DNA from: an uncultured Chroococcidiopsis sp.
Lineage (GTDB): Bacteria; Cyanobacteriota; Cyanobacteriia; Cyanobacteriales; Chroococcidiopsidaceae
Reading direction: 5' to 3'
Length of the DNA stretch: 64,000 bases
NCBI GenBank assembly: GCA_964248365.1
Contig: CAXTYC010000013.1
Coordinates: forward strand, 60,235-124,234
The position numbers were made by a program, and so were the translations under genes. The notes under the pieces were generated by a model. It had not been told where the DNA came from and did not search any database. It was given only the letters and a program-made list of their open reading frames with translations. Positions 29,539 through 41,408 of the stretch are shown here, piece by piece (the first letter of the stretch is position 1; each line of letters opens with the position of its first letter).

Positions 29539-30645
29539 CTAAGCTACAGATGGTTTTACCAAATTTTCTGCGCCTTCGATCACCTTAGCTGATTCAATCT
29601 TGTCGCCTTCCTTCAGCTTTTCTAGCACTTGTTTGCCTTCTGTTAGATAGCCAAAGACGGAATAACGACCATCGAGCAAATTACGTCCGGCGGGCGTTAA
29701 TTCCGGTTCAAACAGGAAGAAGAAAAATTGAGAAGATCCGCCATTGACTTCAAATTCTGGTCGTGCCATTGCTACCGCCCCATAAGCAGAAAATGGTAGC
29801 ACTGGTTCATCGCGGTAACGCCCTGCTTGTTCCAAAGTTATGCCATAAGTGGGAGATGGATCTCCTTTAACTAGGACTTCTAGGGGAATAGCGCGGTATT
29901 TCCCTGTGGCTGGGTCAATAAATCCCTGATCTGGACCTGCTGGATCTCCTGTTTGTAGTACATAGGAATCTTCCGCTCGGATAAATTCTAACCCATCGTA
30001 GAAACCCCGTTGCACCAAATCTACAAAGTTTCCTGCTGTTACAGGAGCGCTATAGCCATCTACAACTAAAGTAATAGTGCCTTTGTTGGTTGTCACTTCC
30101 ACAGTGGCACGACCTTTCAGTTGAGGTAAATTGCTATACTCACTTGGCACTTCATAGGGGAAGCCTTGCACCATTAGCTGTTCTAGTTGACCAACCAAAT
30201 CCAGATCTTTAGCGCGAGTTAGCCAAACATTTTCTTTATCTTTGGCTTCAGTTGCTTGCCGCAAGTCGGAAATTCCCTCTTTAATTTGAGTAATTAATTC
30301 TTCTGCTTGAGGCTGACGCTCTTGGGGAATGCTAGAGAGCAGTTTATCAGGAGCGTTGACGATTCTGGAGGCAGTATTGAGATCGCTAGAAATAGCGCTC
30401 CACCGTCGATTTGCCCTCAGTTGGGTAGCGATGTCTTCTAGACTCGCTTGCAGTTGTCTAACGCTTTTATTATCAATTGGCAGTGCGTACCGCAACAAAG
30501 CTTTGCCGTCGGTAATCGCATTTCCCGCTGGCAGTGCCGCGCTACTTATAGGAGTCCATAAAGCAACACTTAAACCCCAACATACGGTAACTAGTAGCAG
30601 TGCAGTCAGGCTATTTTTTAGCCAGCGGTTCAATAATCTTATCAT
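29539..30645 (-). CDS. peptidyl-prolyl isomerase, TLP40/CYP38-like
   Basis: LPAGNAITDGKALLRYALP, APVTAGNFVDLV and LDGRYSVFGY motifs; start uncertain (ORF track 30696). Confidence 0.9.
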   Translation of the reverse strand: MIRLLNRWLKNSLTALLLVTVCWGLSVALWTPISSAALPAGNAITDGKALLRYALPIDNKSVRQLQASLEDIATQLRANRRWSAISSDLNTASRIVNAPDKLLSSIPQERQPQAEELITQIKEGISDLRQATEAKDKENVWLTRAKDLDLVGQLEQLMVQGFPYEVPSEYSNLPQLKGRATVEVTTNKGTITLVVDGYSAPVTAGNFVDLVQRGFYDGLEFIRAEDSYVLQTGDPAGPDQGFIDPATGKYRAIPLEVLVKGDPSPTYGITLEQAGRYRDEPVLPFSAYGAVAMARPEFEVNGGSSQFFFFLFEPELTPAGRNLLDGRYSVFGYLTEGKQVLEKLKEGDKIESAKVIEGAENLVKPSVA

Positions 30646-30911
30646 GGTATAGCTCAAATACCGCATCAATATCTGTTTGAGGTGCGTTTGTACCAAGAGG
30701 CAAAAGATTTTACCTTTGCGCTTTTCCTAACTCACCCGCCAGTTGCAGTTTACTACGTAATCCATACATAAGAATTTACTCTTTCACTAATTGGAAGAGC
30801 GAAATTATTTCCTGATTTTTTCTGCAAAAAAAAGAGTGAATTTACAATGGCAGCGCAAGGAGAGGTAAAATAGAATGCCGATTGTCCTGCACAACTTAAG
30901 TCTATAGCTTC

Positions 30912-31469
30912 ATGATTTCGAGTAATGACTTTCGACCCGGTGTGACTATTGTATTGGATGGAGCCGTATGGCGGGTGGTGGAATTTCTCCATGTTAAGCC
31001 AGGGAAAGGCTCAGCTTTTGTGCGGACAAAGTTGAAAAACGCGCAAACAGGAAGTGTGGTAGAGCGAACATTCCGCGCTGGAGAAACCGTTCCCCAAGCT
31101 AATTTGGAAAAGAGTACGATGCAGCATACCTATAAAGAGGGCGACGATTACGTCTTTATGGATATGGAAACCTATGAAGAAAGTCGGTTGAGTGCTAACC
31201 AAATAGGCGATCGCGTCAAATACCTCAAAGATGGTATGGAGGTCAATGTTTTACGCTGGAATGACCAGGTGTTGGATGTAGAACTGCCTAATTCTGTTGT
31301 CTTAGAAATCGTACAAACTGATCCTGGTGTACGTGGTGACACAGCTACAGGGGGAACAAAGCCTGCGATCGTCGAAACTGGCGCTACTGTAATGGTTCCT
31401 TTATTTATTACGACGGGAGAGCGCATTCGCATTGACACTCGTAATGATACATATTTAGGTCGAGAATAA
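30912..31469 (+). CDS. efp: elongation factor P
   Basis: [12 protein letters not shown] and PGVRGDT motifs. Confidence 0.98.
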   Translation: MISSNDFRPGVTIVLDGAVWRVVEFLHVKPGKGSAFVRTKLKNAQTGSVVERTFRAGETVPQANLEKSTMQHTYKEGDDYVFMDMETYEESRLSANQIGDRVKYLKDGMEVNVLRWNDQVLDVELPNSVVLEIVQTDPGVRGDTATGGTKPAIVETGATVMVPLFITTGERIRIDTRNDTYLGRE

Positions 31470-31628
31470 ATTTCTTTTAGCCCCGCTTTTAGCCCCTGCG
31501 AGCTTGCTGGTTGATTTGTTGGTGAAAGATTTACAAAGACAAAAACCGATACCAACGGGGGATTCTATCTAAAAGCTGATAGCTGATAGTGTCTAGCGTC
31601 ATAGCTAATTAATGAGGTATGCCTTGCT

Positions 31629-32171
31629 GTGCCATTGGATTTTAACGAACTCCGCCAACTTTTAATCACGCTGGGTCAAACAGATATCACAGAACTAACG
31701 CTAAAAAGTGACGATTTTGAATTGACGGTACGTAAGCAGGTGGGAGATAAAATTCAGATGATGCCCACATCTGAATCATTAGCAAGCAATATGATGGGTA
31801 TAGGACTAAATACACCCACTGCTAGTATTGCCAATACTGGCATAGAGTCAATTCCTAATCGGGTATTTGATACTACTGCCAGTAATTCGGTTCAGCCTAT
31901 ATCTACGCCACCATTAGAGTCAAAATTTGCCGAAATTTCCTCACCTATGGTTGGGACTTTTTACCGCGCTCCCGCTCCTGGGGAAGCACCATTCGTAGAA
32001 GTAGGCGATCGTGTTAGGGTGGGTCAAACAGTTTGTATTATTGAAGCTATGAAGCTGATGAATGAAATCGAGGCAGAAGTATCAGGGCAAATTGCGGAGA
32101 TCCTGGTGCAAAATGGCGAACCTATTGAATTTGGACAAGCACTGATGCGGATTAACCCAGATAATGGTTAA
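31629..32171 (+). CDS. accB: acetyl-CoA carboxylase biotin carboxyl carrier protein
   Basis: SPMVGTFY and EAMKLMN motifs; follows efp. Confidence 0.96.
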   Translation: MPLDFNELRQLLITLGQTDITELTLKSDDFELTVRKQVGDKIQMMPTSESLASNMMGIGLNTPTASIANTGIESIPNRVFDTTASNSVQPISTPPLESKFAEISSPMVGTFYRAPAPGEAPFVEVGDRVRVGQTVCIIEAMKLMNEIEAEVSGQIAEILVQNGEPIEFGQALMRINPDNG

Positions 32172-32236
32172 CTTTATTACTATACTATCCAAGTCGGATG
32201 ATCACCTTTGGATGTATCATTAAGGGTTAACTACTG

Positions 32237-32587
32237 ATGATGAAATTAGCCAAGCCTGTACCTCCAGAAGTCATGCAACAAGTAGCTGAATATTTCAGCT
32301 TGTTGAGTGAACCGATGCGTCTAAGGCTTTTGAGCCTGCTACGTGATGGCGAAAAATGTGTGCAAGAACTTGTCGATGCTACACAAACTAGTCAAGCCAA
32401 TGTTTCAAAGCACTTGAAAATAATGTGGCAGGCAGGAATACTAAGCCGTCGCAGTGAAGGTACTTCTGCCTACTATCGGGTAGAGGATGACATGATTTTT
32501 CAATTGTGGAATTTGGTTTGCCATCGCCTTGCTACCCGCGTTGAACACCAAGCTCGTCAGTTTCGTGTTTTAAATGGCAAGCGTTAA
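32237..32587 (+). CDS. ArsR/SmtB family transcriptional regulator
   Basis: LSEPMRLRLL...SQANVSKHL winged HTH. Confidence 0.92.
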   Translation: MMKLAKPVPPEVMQQVAEYFSLLSEPMRLRLLSLLRDGEKCVQELVDATQTSQANVSKHLKIMWQAGILSRRSEGTSAYYRVEDDMIFQLWNLVCHRLATRVEHQARQFRVLNGKR

Positions 32588-32796
32588 AGGGTTCAAAGCA
32601 ACACTCAAGCGGATTTTGGAGACCTTGGATTAAAGATTTTGGATTAAACCCCATAGTTGAAACGCGGGAGCTTGCAATCAGGAATAGATTTTTTCTCTAA
32701 ACCCATGTCGGTTGCTCGAAAATGCAATGATTTTAGATTCAATCCGACTTACCCTAATCTAAAATCTAAAATCTAAGATCTAAAATCGCTAGTCGG

Positions 32797-33414
32797 TTAA
32801 AGCGTAAAATTTTCTTGGAAGCTTTGACGAGTTAGCGGCTGCTCTAATTCCAAGCCTTCTCCGCCCAAAACTTCTAAGGGTTTTCCTTCAACTTCAATCC
32901 ACACTTTTGCCGATGGCTGTAAACTTGTGGCAGTATATATCACTTGTGCCGCACGCCCAATCATAGCTGCACTACCGCCTCCGGTGGTAAATTGTTCAGA
33001 CAAATTAACGTGAATACCATCTTGTTCCATCTTTAGACTTCGGAGCTTTGTTCCCTCTGGAATAGTAGTACTAACAGCAGCATCTTTTGGTCCGGCTAAT
33101 AAGTTATTAAAAGCAGTTGACAAAACAGTACCAGGCTGCTGATCGGCAGCAGTTGTAATCGGCTGGGGAACCAATTCCTGTTTACTGCCTGTGTCTTTTA
33201 GCCAAAATACCTGTGCCGTTTGCTGTATTGGTGGTGTTACAGGCGAGGGAACTGGCGACTCCTGTGTTGTGCTAACTGAAGGAGGTGAGGTGGTGCGTGA
33301 AGGGGCAGAATGCCAATGCCACCAAGCAGCACCCCCTCCGGCGGTAACAGCTAGTGCTGCAATAGCTGCGATCGCACCACCAGGAATACGTTGTTCGCGT
33401 TGTTGTTTGACCAT
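32797..33414 (-). CDS. GerMN domain protein
   Basis: N-terminal TM; LLAGP, VNLSEQF..GGGS and QVIYTATS motifs. Confidence 0.88.
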   Translation of the reverse strand: MVKQQREQRIPGGAIAAIAALAVTAGGGAAWWHWHSAPSRTTSPPSVSTTQESPVPSPVTPPIQQTAQVFWLKDTGSKQELVPQPITTAADQQPGTVLSTAFNNLLAGPKDAAVSTTIPEGTKLRSLKMEQDGIHVNLSEQFTTGGGSAAMIGRAAQVIYTATSLQPSAKVWIEVEGKPLEVLGGEGLELEQPLTRQSFQENFTL

Positions 33415-33488
33415 GAGGAAAACCCTCCCTAGGGCGGTAACATTATTGGTGTGAAAAGTAAAATAATATATTAGCTACAAGGCGCGAT

Positions 33489-33510
33489 ACCAACGGTCAC
33501 GCTTCGCTAA
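33489..33510. repeat. 22-nt SDR-like element splitting a HIP1 site
   Basis: gcgat[accaacggtcacgcttcgctaa]cgc. Confidence 0.6.
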
Positions 33511-34310
33511 CGCATTGACGAGTGCAAAAATCGAGCAGATGGGTCTACTCGCAAGAATGCCACAATTTCTAATTTTTGTGGATTCACTTTTAATTGTAAA
33601 ATTCGCGCCCTCAGTCCATACATTTCTAAATTGCTCAAATCTAGTTGTTTATTAAGATTAGTTGCGATCGCCTTGACAAATTGCCCAGTTACTGCCTCCT
33701 GATTGACATACACTACTGGCTCGACAAACTGGATTTTTCGCCCAGAGGCAACACCTATTCCAGATTCGATGAGGATTGCTAATGACTGCCCATTAGCTGC
33801 TGTTAATTCCACCTGAAACCTTAGTCGATTATTAGGTAATAACTCTACTTTGGGATTAACAAATTTGGCTTTAGTTTTTGAATCTTCGTCTGCACCGAAT
33901 TGGGGAATGTCTAGCTTGGACAAAATTGCTAAAACTGCCTCAGATTGTAGAGCAGAGTTAATATCCTGTTGCTCTAGGACTAAATGTACCCCAGCCTGAA
34001 ACGAACGCCTTAATTTTAGCTGTCTGTGTCCCAGACTACTCGGTTCTAAATCAATTGGATCGGTTTCTAAATCCAAAGCAGCAATGCGGATACCTTGCTG
34101 TTTGAGCTTTAAACCCCGACCAGCTATTCGCACTCGCTCTACCTTCCCTTGTAGGAGTTGGTAACTAGGGGCGTTGTCAACTCGCACTACCAGATCTTCT
34201 GCCTCGTTCAACCCAGAACGGATGGCATTAAGAGCAGTGCGGTCTACGACTAACCCAACTGGAGCGACTAAACCGAGAACGCCGGACAGGAGAATGGTAA
34301 GGAATTCCAT
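33507..34310 (-). CDS. DUF2993 (LmeA-like) protein
   Basis: N-terminal hydrophobic segment; VRVDNAPSYQLLQGKVERVRIAGRG. Confidence 0.8.
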   Translation of the reverse strand: MEFLTILLSGVLGLVAPVGLVVDRTALNAIRSGLNEAEDLVVRVDNAPSYQLLQGKVERVRIAGRGLKLKQQGIRIAALDLETDPIDLEPSSLGHRQLKLRRSFQAGVHLVLEQQDINSALQSEAVLAILSKLDIPQFGADEDSKTKAKFVNPKVELLPNNRLRFQVELTAANGQSLAILIESGIGVASGRKIQFVEPVVYVNQEAVTGQFVKAIATNLNKQLDLSNLEMYGLRARILQLKVNPQKLEIVAFLRVDPSARFLHSSMR

Positions 34311-34649
34311 TGTCAGTTATCGCATCTCTCTTTCAATCGCCTCAATTGCTTTTTTTGCTTCAACAAATCTACACTAGTTTGTTGGCAAAAAGTGTTGATA
34401 GCTTGAATTTTTAAGCCCGACTTAAGCAAATCCTGCACCATCACCTCTTTTCTTTTTATCCTGCAAAATTCTCCATTTCCAGGGGAATCGAGACTCAGAT
34501 CAAGTTTATTCTCTAGCCTCTTAAGTCGCAAATTTGTATATTTTGTTTACAAGCAAGAGGAACCAGAGGAACTAGTAAATAATAATTCACCTTGTCACCT
34601 TGTCCCCTTGTCGGGTTGTCCCCTGTCCTTAACACTAGCCCCAGCGCCT

Positions 34650-36479
34650 TTAGCCTCTCGCCTCTAGCCTCTCGCCTCTAACCTCCTGGTCAATTCGCTG
34701 CTTGAGGGTAGAGACAACTTGATCGATCGCAATTTCCTGAGATTTGCGATTATGTCGTTCGACTACTTCTACTTTGCCCTGGGAGAGCGATCGCCCTGTA
34801 ACAATTCGATAAGGAATACCAATTAGGTCAGCATCTTTGAATTTGACTCCAGCCCGTTCGTCACGATCATCTAGCAAAGTTTCAATTCCCGCGCTTATTA
34901 ATTGGTTGTAGAGTTGTTCAGCGGCTTGGACTTGTTGGCTGTCGGCTATGTTGGGAATACAGATGATGACTTGGTAGGGAGCGATCGCCACCGACCAAAT
35001 AATGCCATCTTTGTCATAAGACTGCTCGATGGCTGCTTGTGCTAAGCGTGACACACCCAAACCATAGCAACCCATAACTAGGGGTACTTCCTCACCCTGC
35101 TCATTGGTGTAGGTGGCTCCCATCGCTTGAGAGTATTTTGTACCCAGTTGAAAAATATGTCCTACTTCAATACCTCTGGCACTTTTTAGAGTTTGACTGG
35201 GATCGTGGATAGCGCGATCGCCACTGTGCGCCTTTCTGAGATCCACCACTTGTTTTGGTAAGGTAAATTGCTCACCCCAGTTTGCTCCTACTACGTGGTA
35301 GCCTGACTGGTTCGAGCCTGTAACAAAATTTTTCAAATCTACAACTGTTTTATCAACTAGCCGTAAAAATTTAGAATGCACTTGCTTGTCAGTGCGAATA
35401 TAGTCATCGGCAATATCCGGCGCAATGTAACCCAAAGGTAAAGGTTGAGCCGCCCATTTTTGCTGTGTTTCCGCATCTGGTACTGTTAAGGCAAGAATAG
35501 TTTTAGCACCATATTGCGAGGCTAACCTCGTCAATTCGTTTTGTAATTTAACTTCATTAACTTCTTGATCGCCCCGAATGCTCACCAAAACCAGAAGGGT
35601 CATGCCATTGTCATAAACTATCTGGTAAAGGACATTTTTCACTACCTGGGTAGGGGAACACTTGAGGAATTGACAGAGTTTTGCGATCGTCTCGGTTCCT
35701 GGGGTTTCTCGTTTTTCATAAGTTGTGAAAGGTGAGGGTTCGGCATCAGTCGGCAATGATACAGCTTTTTCTACATTTGCCGCATATTCTCCATCTTCGG
35801 TGTAGAGTACTTGATCTTCCCCAGCTTCAGCCAATACCATAAATTCTTGGGAAGCAGAACCACCGATCGCCCCTGAATCTGCTTGTACTGCTCGGAAAGA
35901 TAAACCGCACCGCCGCAACATATTGCTGTAAGCTTGGTGCATATCCTGGTAAGTTTGTTTGAGGCTCTCTTCGTCAGCGTTGAAAGAGTAACCATCCTTC
36001 ATGATGAATTCCCGTCCTCGCATCAAACCAAAACGGGGGCGTATTTCATCACGAAACTTCGTTTGAATTTGGTAGAGGTGTTGAGGTAGCTGACGATAGG
36101 AACGGATCATATCACGGGCGATCGCTGTGATCACTTCTTCATGGGTTGGTCCTAGTCCCACTTCCCGCTCTTGTCGGTCTTTCATGGCAAACATGATACC
36201 TTCAGCTTGGGTGTAGGTATCCCACCGCCCAGATTCACGCCATAATTCCGCTGGTTGTAGTTGTGGTAGAAGACACTCTTGAGCGCCTGTCGCGTTCATT
36301 TCTTCTCGCACAATTTGGGAGATTTTTTGCAGTACCCGCCACATCAAGGGTAGATAGGCGTAGACACCGCTACCGATGCGACGAATATAGCCTGCACGGA
36401 GTAACAGTTTATGACTGGGGATTTCCGCTTCAGCTGGATCTTCCCGCAGTGTAACGAAGAGCATTTGAGACAGTCGCAT
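34650..36479 (-). CDS. proS: proline--tRNA ligase
   Basis: MRLSQ..., [21 protein letters not shown] and [11 protein letters not shown] motifs. Confidence 0.98.
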   Translation of the reverse strand: MRLSQMLFVTLREDPAEAEIPSHKLLLRAGYIRRIGSGVYAYLPLMWRVLQKISQIVREEMNATGAQECLLPQLQPAELWRESGRWDTYTQAEGIMFAMKDRQEREVGLGPTHEEVITAIARDMIRSYRQLPQHLYQIQTKFRDEIRPRFGLMRGREFIMKDGYSFNADEESLKQTYQDMHQAYSNMLRRCGLSFRAVQADSGAIGGSASQEFMVLAEAGEDQVLYTEDGEYAANVEKAVSLPTDAEPSPFTTYEKRETPGTETIAKLCQFLKCSPTQVVKNVLYQIVYDNGMTLLVLVSIRGDQEVNEVKLQNELTRLASQYGAKTILALTVPDAETQQKWAAQPLPLGYIAPDIADDYIRTDKQVHSKFLRLVDKTVVDLKNFVTGSNQSGYHVVGANWGEQFTLPKQVVDLRKAHSGDRAIHDPSQTLKSARGIEVGHIFQLGTKYSQAMGATYTNEQGEEVPLVMGCYGLGVSRLAQAAIEQSYDKDGIIWSVAIAPYQVIICIPNIADSQQVQAAEQLYNQLISAGIETLLDDRDERAGVKFKDADLIGIPYRIVTGRSLSQGKVEVVERHNRKSQEIAIDQVVSTLKQRIDQEVRGERLEARG

Positions 36480-36632
36480 CGCTTGTTCCCTTTCTGTGAC
36501 CTGATGATCATCATCTCAGTCTAGAACATCAGCTGCGGGGTTTGTTGTCTTCGGATTGAGCAGTCGCTTGAGCAAAAATAGATTGAGTTAACTTATTACC
36601 AGTTAACCACCCACCAGTTCTAAAAGTGAGTC

Positions 36633-37262
36633 CTAGCTCTTCTGACATAGAGCTGATTGTTCTCCAATGCTGGTTTTATAACCTACAGGAGCAGTTCCAA
36701 AGATCATAAAGCCGACTCCAATAGCAGCAATGCCTAATCCTAAATACCATACAGATCTTTTGCGTAGTAGCGCTGCAACCGCTCCTAAAGAAATGCCAAT
36801 CTGCAAAGCTGCTACACTACGGGCAAATAATTCATGTCGATGCATATCTAACTGAGATTCTAGTTCCAGTTTTCGAGCTTCAGTTTGGTTTTCTTGCTGC
36901 TGTTTATCAAGCTTTTTTATTTCGGCTGTAATGGTGGATGGAACTGGTTTTTCTAAAGCTTGCAAAAGCCTAACAGTAGACTCTTCTACATGACTTTTAG
37001 TAGACCTAGCTTGGTATAAATTCCATAGGTCAGTCGAGCGGATCTGAGCCATCATTCCCTCATTTGCCAAAGATCCTGCTTGCATGGCAGCAATGGCAGC
37101 TAGAGCTGAAAGAATCGCCGTCGAAAGTCCAATTTGGTTGAGCCACTGGCGACCCTGCAACTGCTCAGCCTTCTCTTGCGAAAGTTCTTCTTGAACCTCT
37201 TTGACAGCTTCAAGTGCCTGTTCTTGAAGTTCGTGCGGCTCTGGTCCTAATTCATCAGTCAT
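36633..37262 (-). CDS. DUF4337 family membrane protein
   Basis: W..YQA.S.K motif; 3 TM segments; LQIGI.L. Confidence 0.75.
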   Translation of the reverse strand: MTDELGPEPHELQEQALEAVKEVQEELSQEKAEQLQGRQWLNQIGLSTAILSALAAIAAMQAGSLANEGMMAQIRSTDLWNLYQARSTKSHVEESTVRLLQALEKPVPSTITAEIKKLDKQQQENQTEARKLELESQLDMHRHELFARSVAALQIGISLGAVAALLRKRSVWYLGLGIAAIGVGFMIFGTAPVGYKTSIGEQSALCQKS

Positions 37263-37304
37263 AATTGTAGTAAACGAAAACTAAAACAGTTGCTGAAAAT
37301 AACC

Positions 37305-38000
37305 TTAGAAAAATAGTTCGTACACCCCGATCAAGATCAATAATAAGCCAGCTGCTTTTTGAGATAGCGAGCCGAGCGATTTGCTGATAACCTTTCCTGA
37401 TACTCTTTGACCAATATCTATCGTGAGATAACTGAATACCCCAATTGCCACCGAGGTGATGACTGGATCGTAGTTAGATAGGCTGGCTCCAAAACCACCA
37501 GCCATTGCATTGAGCGCCAGCGATACCCCCAAAATCAAGGTTTCTTTAAAACTGATCGACCGAGAATGTTGGCGGCGATAGGTTTCAAGCCCAATATTGC
37601 CCCTTGTAACTGTGTGATGTGTATAAGTTTTTTGCCCCACTGGAGGAAGGTTAGAGAATTTAGTCAACGACGCTAAAAATCCCATTAGCCAGCTACGAAC
37701 CAGAAACAAAAAGCGATCGACTGCTGATTCCCAATAAACCCAAATCCCTACTCCAACTATAACGATCGCTCCCAATTCGTTGGCAAAGGAGGCAGGCAAA
37801 ATATGTTCGACCCATTTGCCAAACATCATAGCAACAAAAGTTAGGATGGCTGAGAAAAGAGCAATTAGAAAGTTGGAGAAACCTGAAATGCGATTTCTTG
37901 CCATGCCATAGGCGATACCAACTCCAAGATTGTCTAAATTGGCAGCAGTTGCAAGTACAAGCAGCGCCAATAATTTATGTAGGAACACTAACTGACTCAT
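37305..38000 (-). CDS. MntP/YtaF family membrane protein (putative Mn efflux)
   Basis: ANLDNLGVGIAYG, LALNAMAGG and AGLLLILIG motifs. Confidence 0.8.
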   Translation of the reverse strand: MSQLVFLHKLLALLVLATAANLDNLGVGIAYGMARNRISGFSNFLIALFSAILTFVAMMFGKWVEHILPASFANELGAIVIVGVGIWVYWESAVDRFLFLVRSWLMGFLASLTKFSNLPPVGQKTYTHHTVTRGNIGLETYRRQHSRSISFKETLILGVSLALNAMAGGFGASLSNYDPVITSVAIGVFSYLTIDIGQRVSGKVISKSLGSLSQKAAGLLLILIGVYELFF

Positions 38001-38015
38001 CCCTAGCTAGCTTTA

Positions 38016-38663
38016 TTATCGATAACTAAATTGGGCGGCTAGTTGTCCCACTACTTGGGGCGCACCAACTTTTAAACGCATATTGTCGGCGTGAACGGTT
38101 AATAAAGGCTGACCGATATTTAAACTGGAAAAAGGACTTTCTAAAGGAATTTCTAACGCCGAACCGACTAAACCGAAGCGAGATTCAACTTCAAAAGGAA
38201 ATAATAACAAATCAGAACCCATACTACTGAAACTCGTTGCACCTAAACGCTGTTGCAAACCAAAACCTTGTCGATTGTATTTGCAGCTGCAAAGTTTGCG
38301 GTTTCCTTGAGTAACTGTAACGCGATCGCCATCCCAGGTAAAGTCAGCCATTTCCTTGGGTAATCCCCAAATCTCTCGCCCACCAGCAACTGAATCAGGA
38401 TTATCTACATAAATATGGGAAACCCAACCGCCGAATTTGCCTTTGTAATTTAATATGGCAGCAATCACAATCAACTCACTATATTCGAGTACTGAACCAG
38501 ATCCGTAATAGGATAAGTAGACACCACCCAAAGTTTTACCAGGAAAGACAGAAATAATATTTAACTCTGAGGGAATCAGGGGACGTACTTGGTCAATATC
38601 TAATAGTTGTAGAGTTTGGAAGGCATAGCCTTGTAGTGTCCAGGGTGCTTGTGGATAAGGCAT
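38016..38663 (-). CDS. acetoacetate decarboxylase family protein
   Basis: YP.APW.L.G and GREIWGLPK Schiff-base motif. Confidence 0.88.
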   Translation of the reverse strand: MPYPQAPWTLQGYAFQTLQLLDIDQVRPLIPSELNIISVFPGKTLGGVYLSYYGSGSVLEYSELIVIAAILNYKGKFGGWVSHIYVDNPDSVAGGREIWGLPKEMADFTWDGDRVTVTQGNRKLCSCKYNRQGFGLQQRLGATSFSSMGSDLLLFPFEVESRFGLVGSALEIPLESPFSSLNIGQPLLTVHADNMRLKVGAPQVVGQLAAQFSYR

Positions 38664-38865
38664 AGTCTGATTTTAGATTTTAGATTTTGGATTGGTAGTT
38701 GGTAGCTAAGGGTTTAAACGAGTATCTGTTTGTTCACAAGTATTTCTGATAAACCCGCCCGTACGGTAAGTGGTAGTTGGTTCTCGGTTAAAGGTAGGTT
38801 GACTTCTAAGTCCCTTTTCCCTTTTCCCTTCTTTATTTACCTATTACCTATTAGCAATTCCCAAA

Positions 38866-38905
38866 CAAAAAAAAATCCCCACCCAGGTGAATGTTGGATG
38901 GGGAA
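38866..38905 (-). terminator. probable intrinsic terminator of dnaK
   Basis: Stem tcccca...tgggga followed on the minus strand by a T-run, just past the dnaK stop. Confidence 0.6.
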
Positions 38906-38928
38906 GATTAACTAGCACTTAACAGCAA

Positions 38929-40839
38929 TTACTTGCTTTCGGTGAAGTCAGCATCGATTACATCATCGCCAGTGGATGAGGTGGAACCGCTACCATTTGG
39001 GCTGTCGCCTTGGGGTGCGCTACCTGCATCAGCACCAGCTTGTTGATAGAGGTTGCTGCCGATCGCATACAATGTTTGTTGCAGTTCAGGCATCAGTCGC
39101 TTGATTTGCTCGTCGTCTTCCTTGGAAATGGCATCACGTAGATCTTTAACCAAGCCTTCTACCTTGGTGCGATCGCCCTCTGGAACTTTATCACCCAGGT
39201 CTTTGAGCTGCTTTTCTGCCTGGTAAGCTAAAGAGTCAGCTTGGTTCTTGCGATCAACCTTCTCACGGCGCTCTTTGTCAGCTGACGCATTTTGTTCAGC
39301 CTGCTTAACCATCCGCTCAACTTCAGTCTTATCTAGAGTAGAAGCGCCAGTAATGCTGATCGACTGCTCTTTACCACTACCCTTATCCTTGGCAGTGACA
39401 TTGAGAATACCATTAGCGTCAATGTCGAAGGTAACTTCAATTTGAGGTACGCCGCGAGGTGCTGGGGGAATACCATCTAGGCGGAATGTTCCTAGACTCT
39501 TGTTGTCATTGGACATTTCCCGCTCACCTTGGAGGACGTGGATTTCTACGTTAGTTTGACCATCCACAGCCGTCGAGAAGACTTCTGACTTCTTGGTAGG
39601 AATTGTGGTATTGCGGGGGATAATCCGAGTCATCACACCACCGAGAGTTTCCACACCCAAGGACAGAGGAGATACGTCTAACAGCAAGATACCTGTGACA
39701 TCGCCAGCCAGAACACCCGCTTGAATTGCAGCACCAACTGCTACCACTTCATCAGGGTTAACGGTTTGGTTGGGGTCTTTACCCAGCGATCGCTTGACTA
39801 TGTCTTGTACGGCAGGAATTCGAGTAGAACCACCGACCAATACTACTTCATTGATTGCGCTTTTATCTAGCTTGGCATCGCGCATAGCATTCTCAACCGG
39901 AACGCGGCAGCGATCAATCAAGTCAGAGCAGAGTTCTTCAAACTTAGCGCGGGTTAGCGTCATATCCAGGTGCTTAGGACCTTCCTGGGTAGCGGTAATA
40001 AAAGGCAGGTTGATATCCGCTTGGGTAACGCTAGATAGCTCAATCTTGGCTTTTTCTGCTGCTTCAGTCAAGCGTTGCAGAGCTTGTCTGTCTTTACGCA
40101 GGTCAATGCCTTCGGATCTTCTGAATTCTTCTGCTAAGTAGTCAACGATTTTCTTGTCGAAGTCGTCACCACCCAGGTGAGTATCACCAGAGGTAGCAAG
40201 CACTTCAAATACACCGTCGCCTACTTCTAGGATGGACACGTCAAACGTACCACCACCAAGGTCAAATACCAAAATGGTTTCGTTGCTCTTTTTGTCAAAT
40301 CCGTATGCCAGAGAAGCGGCGGTAGGTTCGTTGATAATCCGCAGCACTTCGATACCAGCAATACGACCAGCATCTTTGGTAGCTTGACGTTGGGAGTCGT
40401 TGAAGTAAGCAGGAACAGTGATTACAGCTTGAGTCACTGTTTCGCCCAGATACTTACTGGCATCTTCTACCAGCTTGCGGAGAACTTGAGCAGAAATTTC
40501 TTCGGGGGCAAATTGCTTGCCAGCTGCTGGACAGTCTAGCTTAACATTACCATTGCTGTCACGCAGGACTTTGTAGGAAACTTCGGTCGCTTCGTGAGCC
40601 ACTTCTTCGTATTTGCGTCCGATGAAGCGCTTGACCGAGTAGAAGGTGTTTTCTGGGTTCATTACCGCTTGGCGTTTAGCGATTTGACCGACCAAGCGAT
40701 CGCCATTCTTGGCATAAGCCACAACACTAGGCGTTGTCCGAAAACCTTCAGCATTGGCAATTACAGTGGGTTTACCACCTTCCATCACTGCTACGCAGGA
40801 GTTTGTCGTACCTAAGTCAATTCCAACTACTTTTGCCAT
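38929..40839 (-). CDS. dnaK: chaperone DnaK (DnaK2-type)
   Basis: [25 protein letters not shown] and DDVIDADF motifs. Confidence 0.99.
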   Translation of the reverse strand: MAKVVGIDLGTTNSCVAVMEGGKPTVIANAEGFRTTPSVVAYAKNGDRLVGQIAKRQAVMNPENTFYSVKRFIGRKYEEVAHEATEVSYKVLRDSNGNVKLDCPAAGKQFAPEEISAQVLRKLVEDASKYLGETVTQAVITVPAYFNDSQRQATKDAGRIAGIEVLRIINEPTAASLAYGFDKKSNETILVFDLGGGTFDVSILEVGDGVFEVLATSGDTHLGGDDFDKKIVDYLAEEFRRSEGIDLRKDRQALQRLTEAAEKAKIELSSVTQADINLPFITATQEGPKHLDMTLTRAKFEELCSDLIDRCRVPVENAMRDAKLDKSAINEVVLVGGSTRIPAVQDIVKRSLGKDPNQTVNPDEVVAVGAAIQAGVLAGDVTGILLLDVSPLSLGVETLGGVMTRIIPRNTTIPTKKSEVFSTAVDGQTNVEIHVLQGEREMSNDNKSLGTFRLDGIPPAPRGVPQIEVTFDIDANGILNVTAKDKGSGKEQSISITGASTLDKTEVERMVKQAEQNASADKERREKVDRKNQADSLAYQAEKQLKDLGDKVPEGDRTKVEGLVKDLRDAISKEDDEQIKRLMPELQQTLYAIGSNLYQQAGADAGSAPQGDSPNGSGSTSSTGDDVIDADFTESK

Positions 40840-40982
40840 TAGAGGTTCTGGCTCCCTTTTAACTACTAAAAACTGTTGAGGACACTACACGTTAAAAAAT
40901 TGAATCAGCAGCGTTCGGTGCTTCAATAAGATTGCATTTTTGTACCGATCTCTATACTGAGCTTGGGTAGCTACTTGATGAA

Positions 40983-40998
40983 GGGTGGTTTGCCGAAC
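40983..40998 (-). promoter_or_regulatory. K-box-like element upstream of dnaK
   Basis: Minus strand GTTCGG-CAAA-CCACCC versus recalled K-box consensus GTTCGG-NNAN-CCNNAC (one mismatch). Confidence 0.55.
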
Positions 40999-41408
40999 CT
41001 AATTTAGGACGGTTAGCCTAGCACCAGTAGTTCAACGCTCAAACATTTTTATCCTTGCTTTATCGCTGCTGTTTGCTTTCACTGTGTCTAATGTAGTCAA
41101 CTCAAAGCTTTATAGTTATAGGGTGAACCGTAATCGGTCGGGTGTGTTTGCCGTCAAACAGACGGTCAGAGGGTAGTATGATACTTGAAATTGATTTGAG
41201 TTCTCTAAGTAATCAAGATCTGTGTACACTTGAGCAAGAAATTTTGGCAGAACAGTCAAGGGCGAGTGATGAATAGCTCTAGTGCGATCGCAGTTGAACC
41301 GAATGCACCTGAAAAATCCCATCAAGATGCTATCAAAAAGCTGCTGGAGCGCAAATCGCAGAAACTATAGTGTGTGTATAGCAAACGACCAAGCCCACAA
41401 AGCAGGTA

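Noticed and set aside
32645..32676. IS200/IS605-end-like hairpin
   Set aside because: It is a single degenerate copy with no transposase; support is too weak.
34313..34531. 72-aa ORF upstream of DUF2993
   Set aside because: It has a TTG start and no motif, and is probably promoter or intergenic DNA.
39248..40815. Plus-strand ORFs opposite dnaK, and similar shadow ORFs over other genes
   Set aside because: They are antisense or alternative-frame artefacts with no recognisable motifs.
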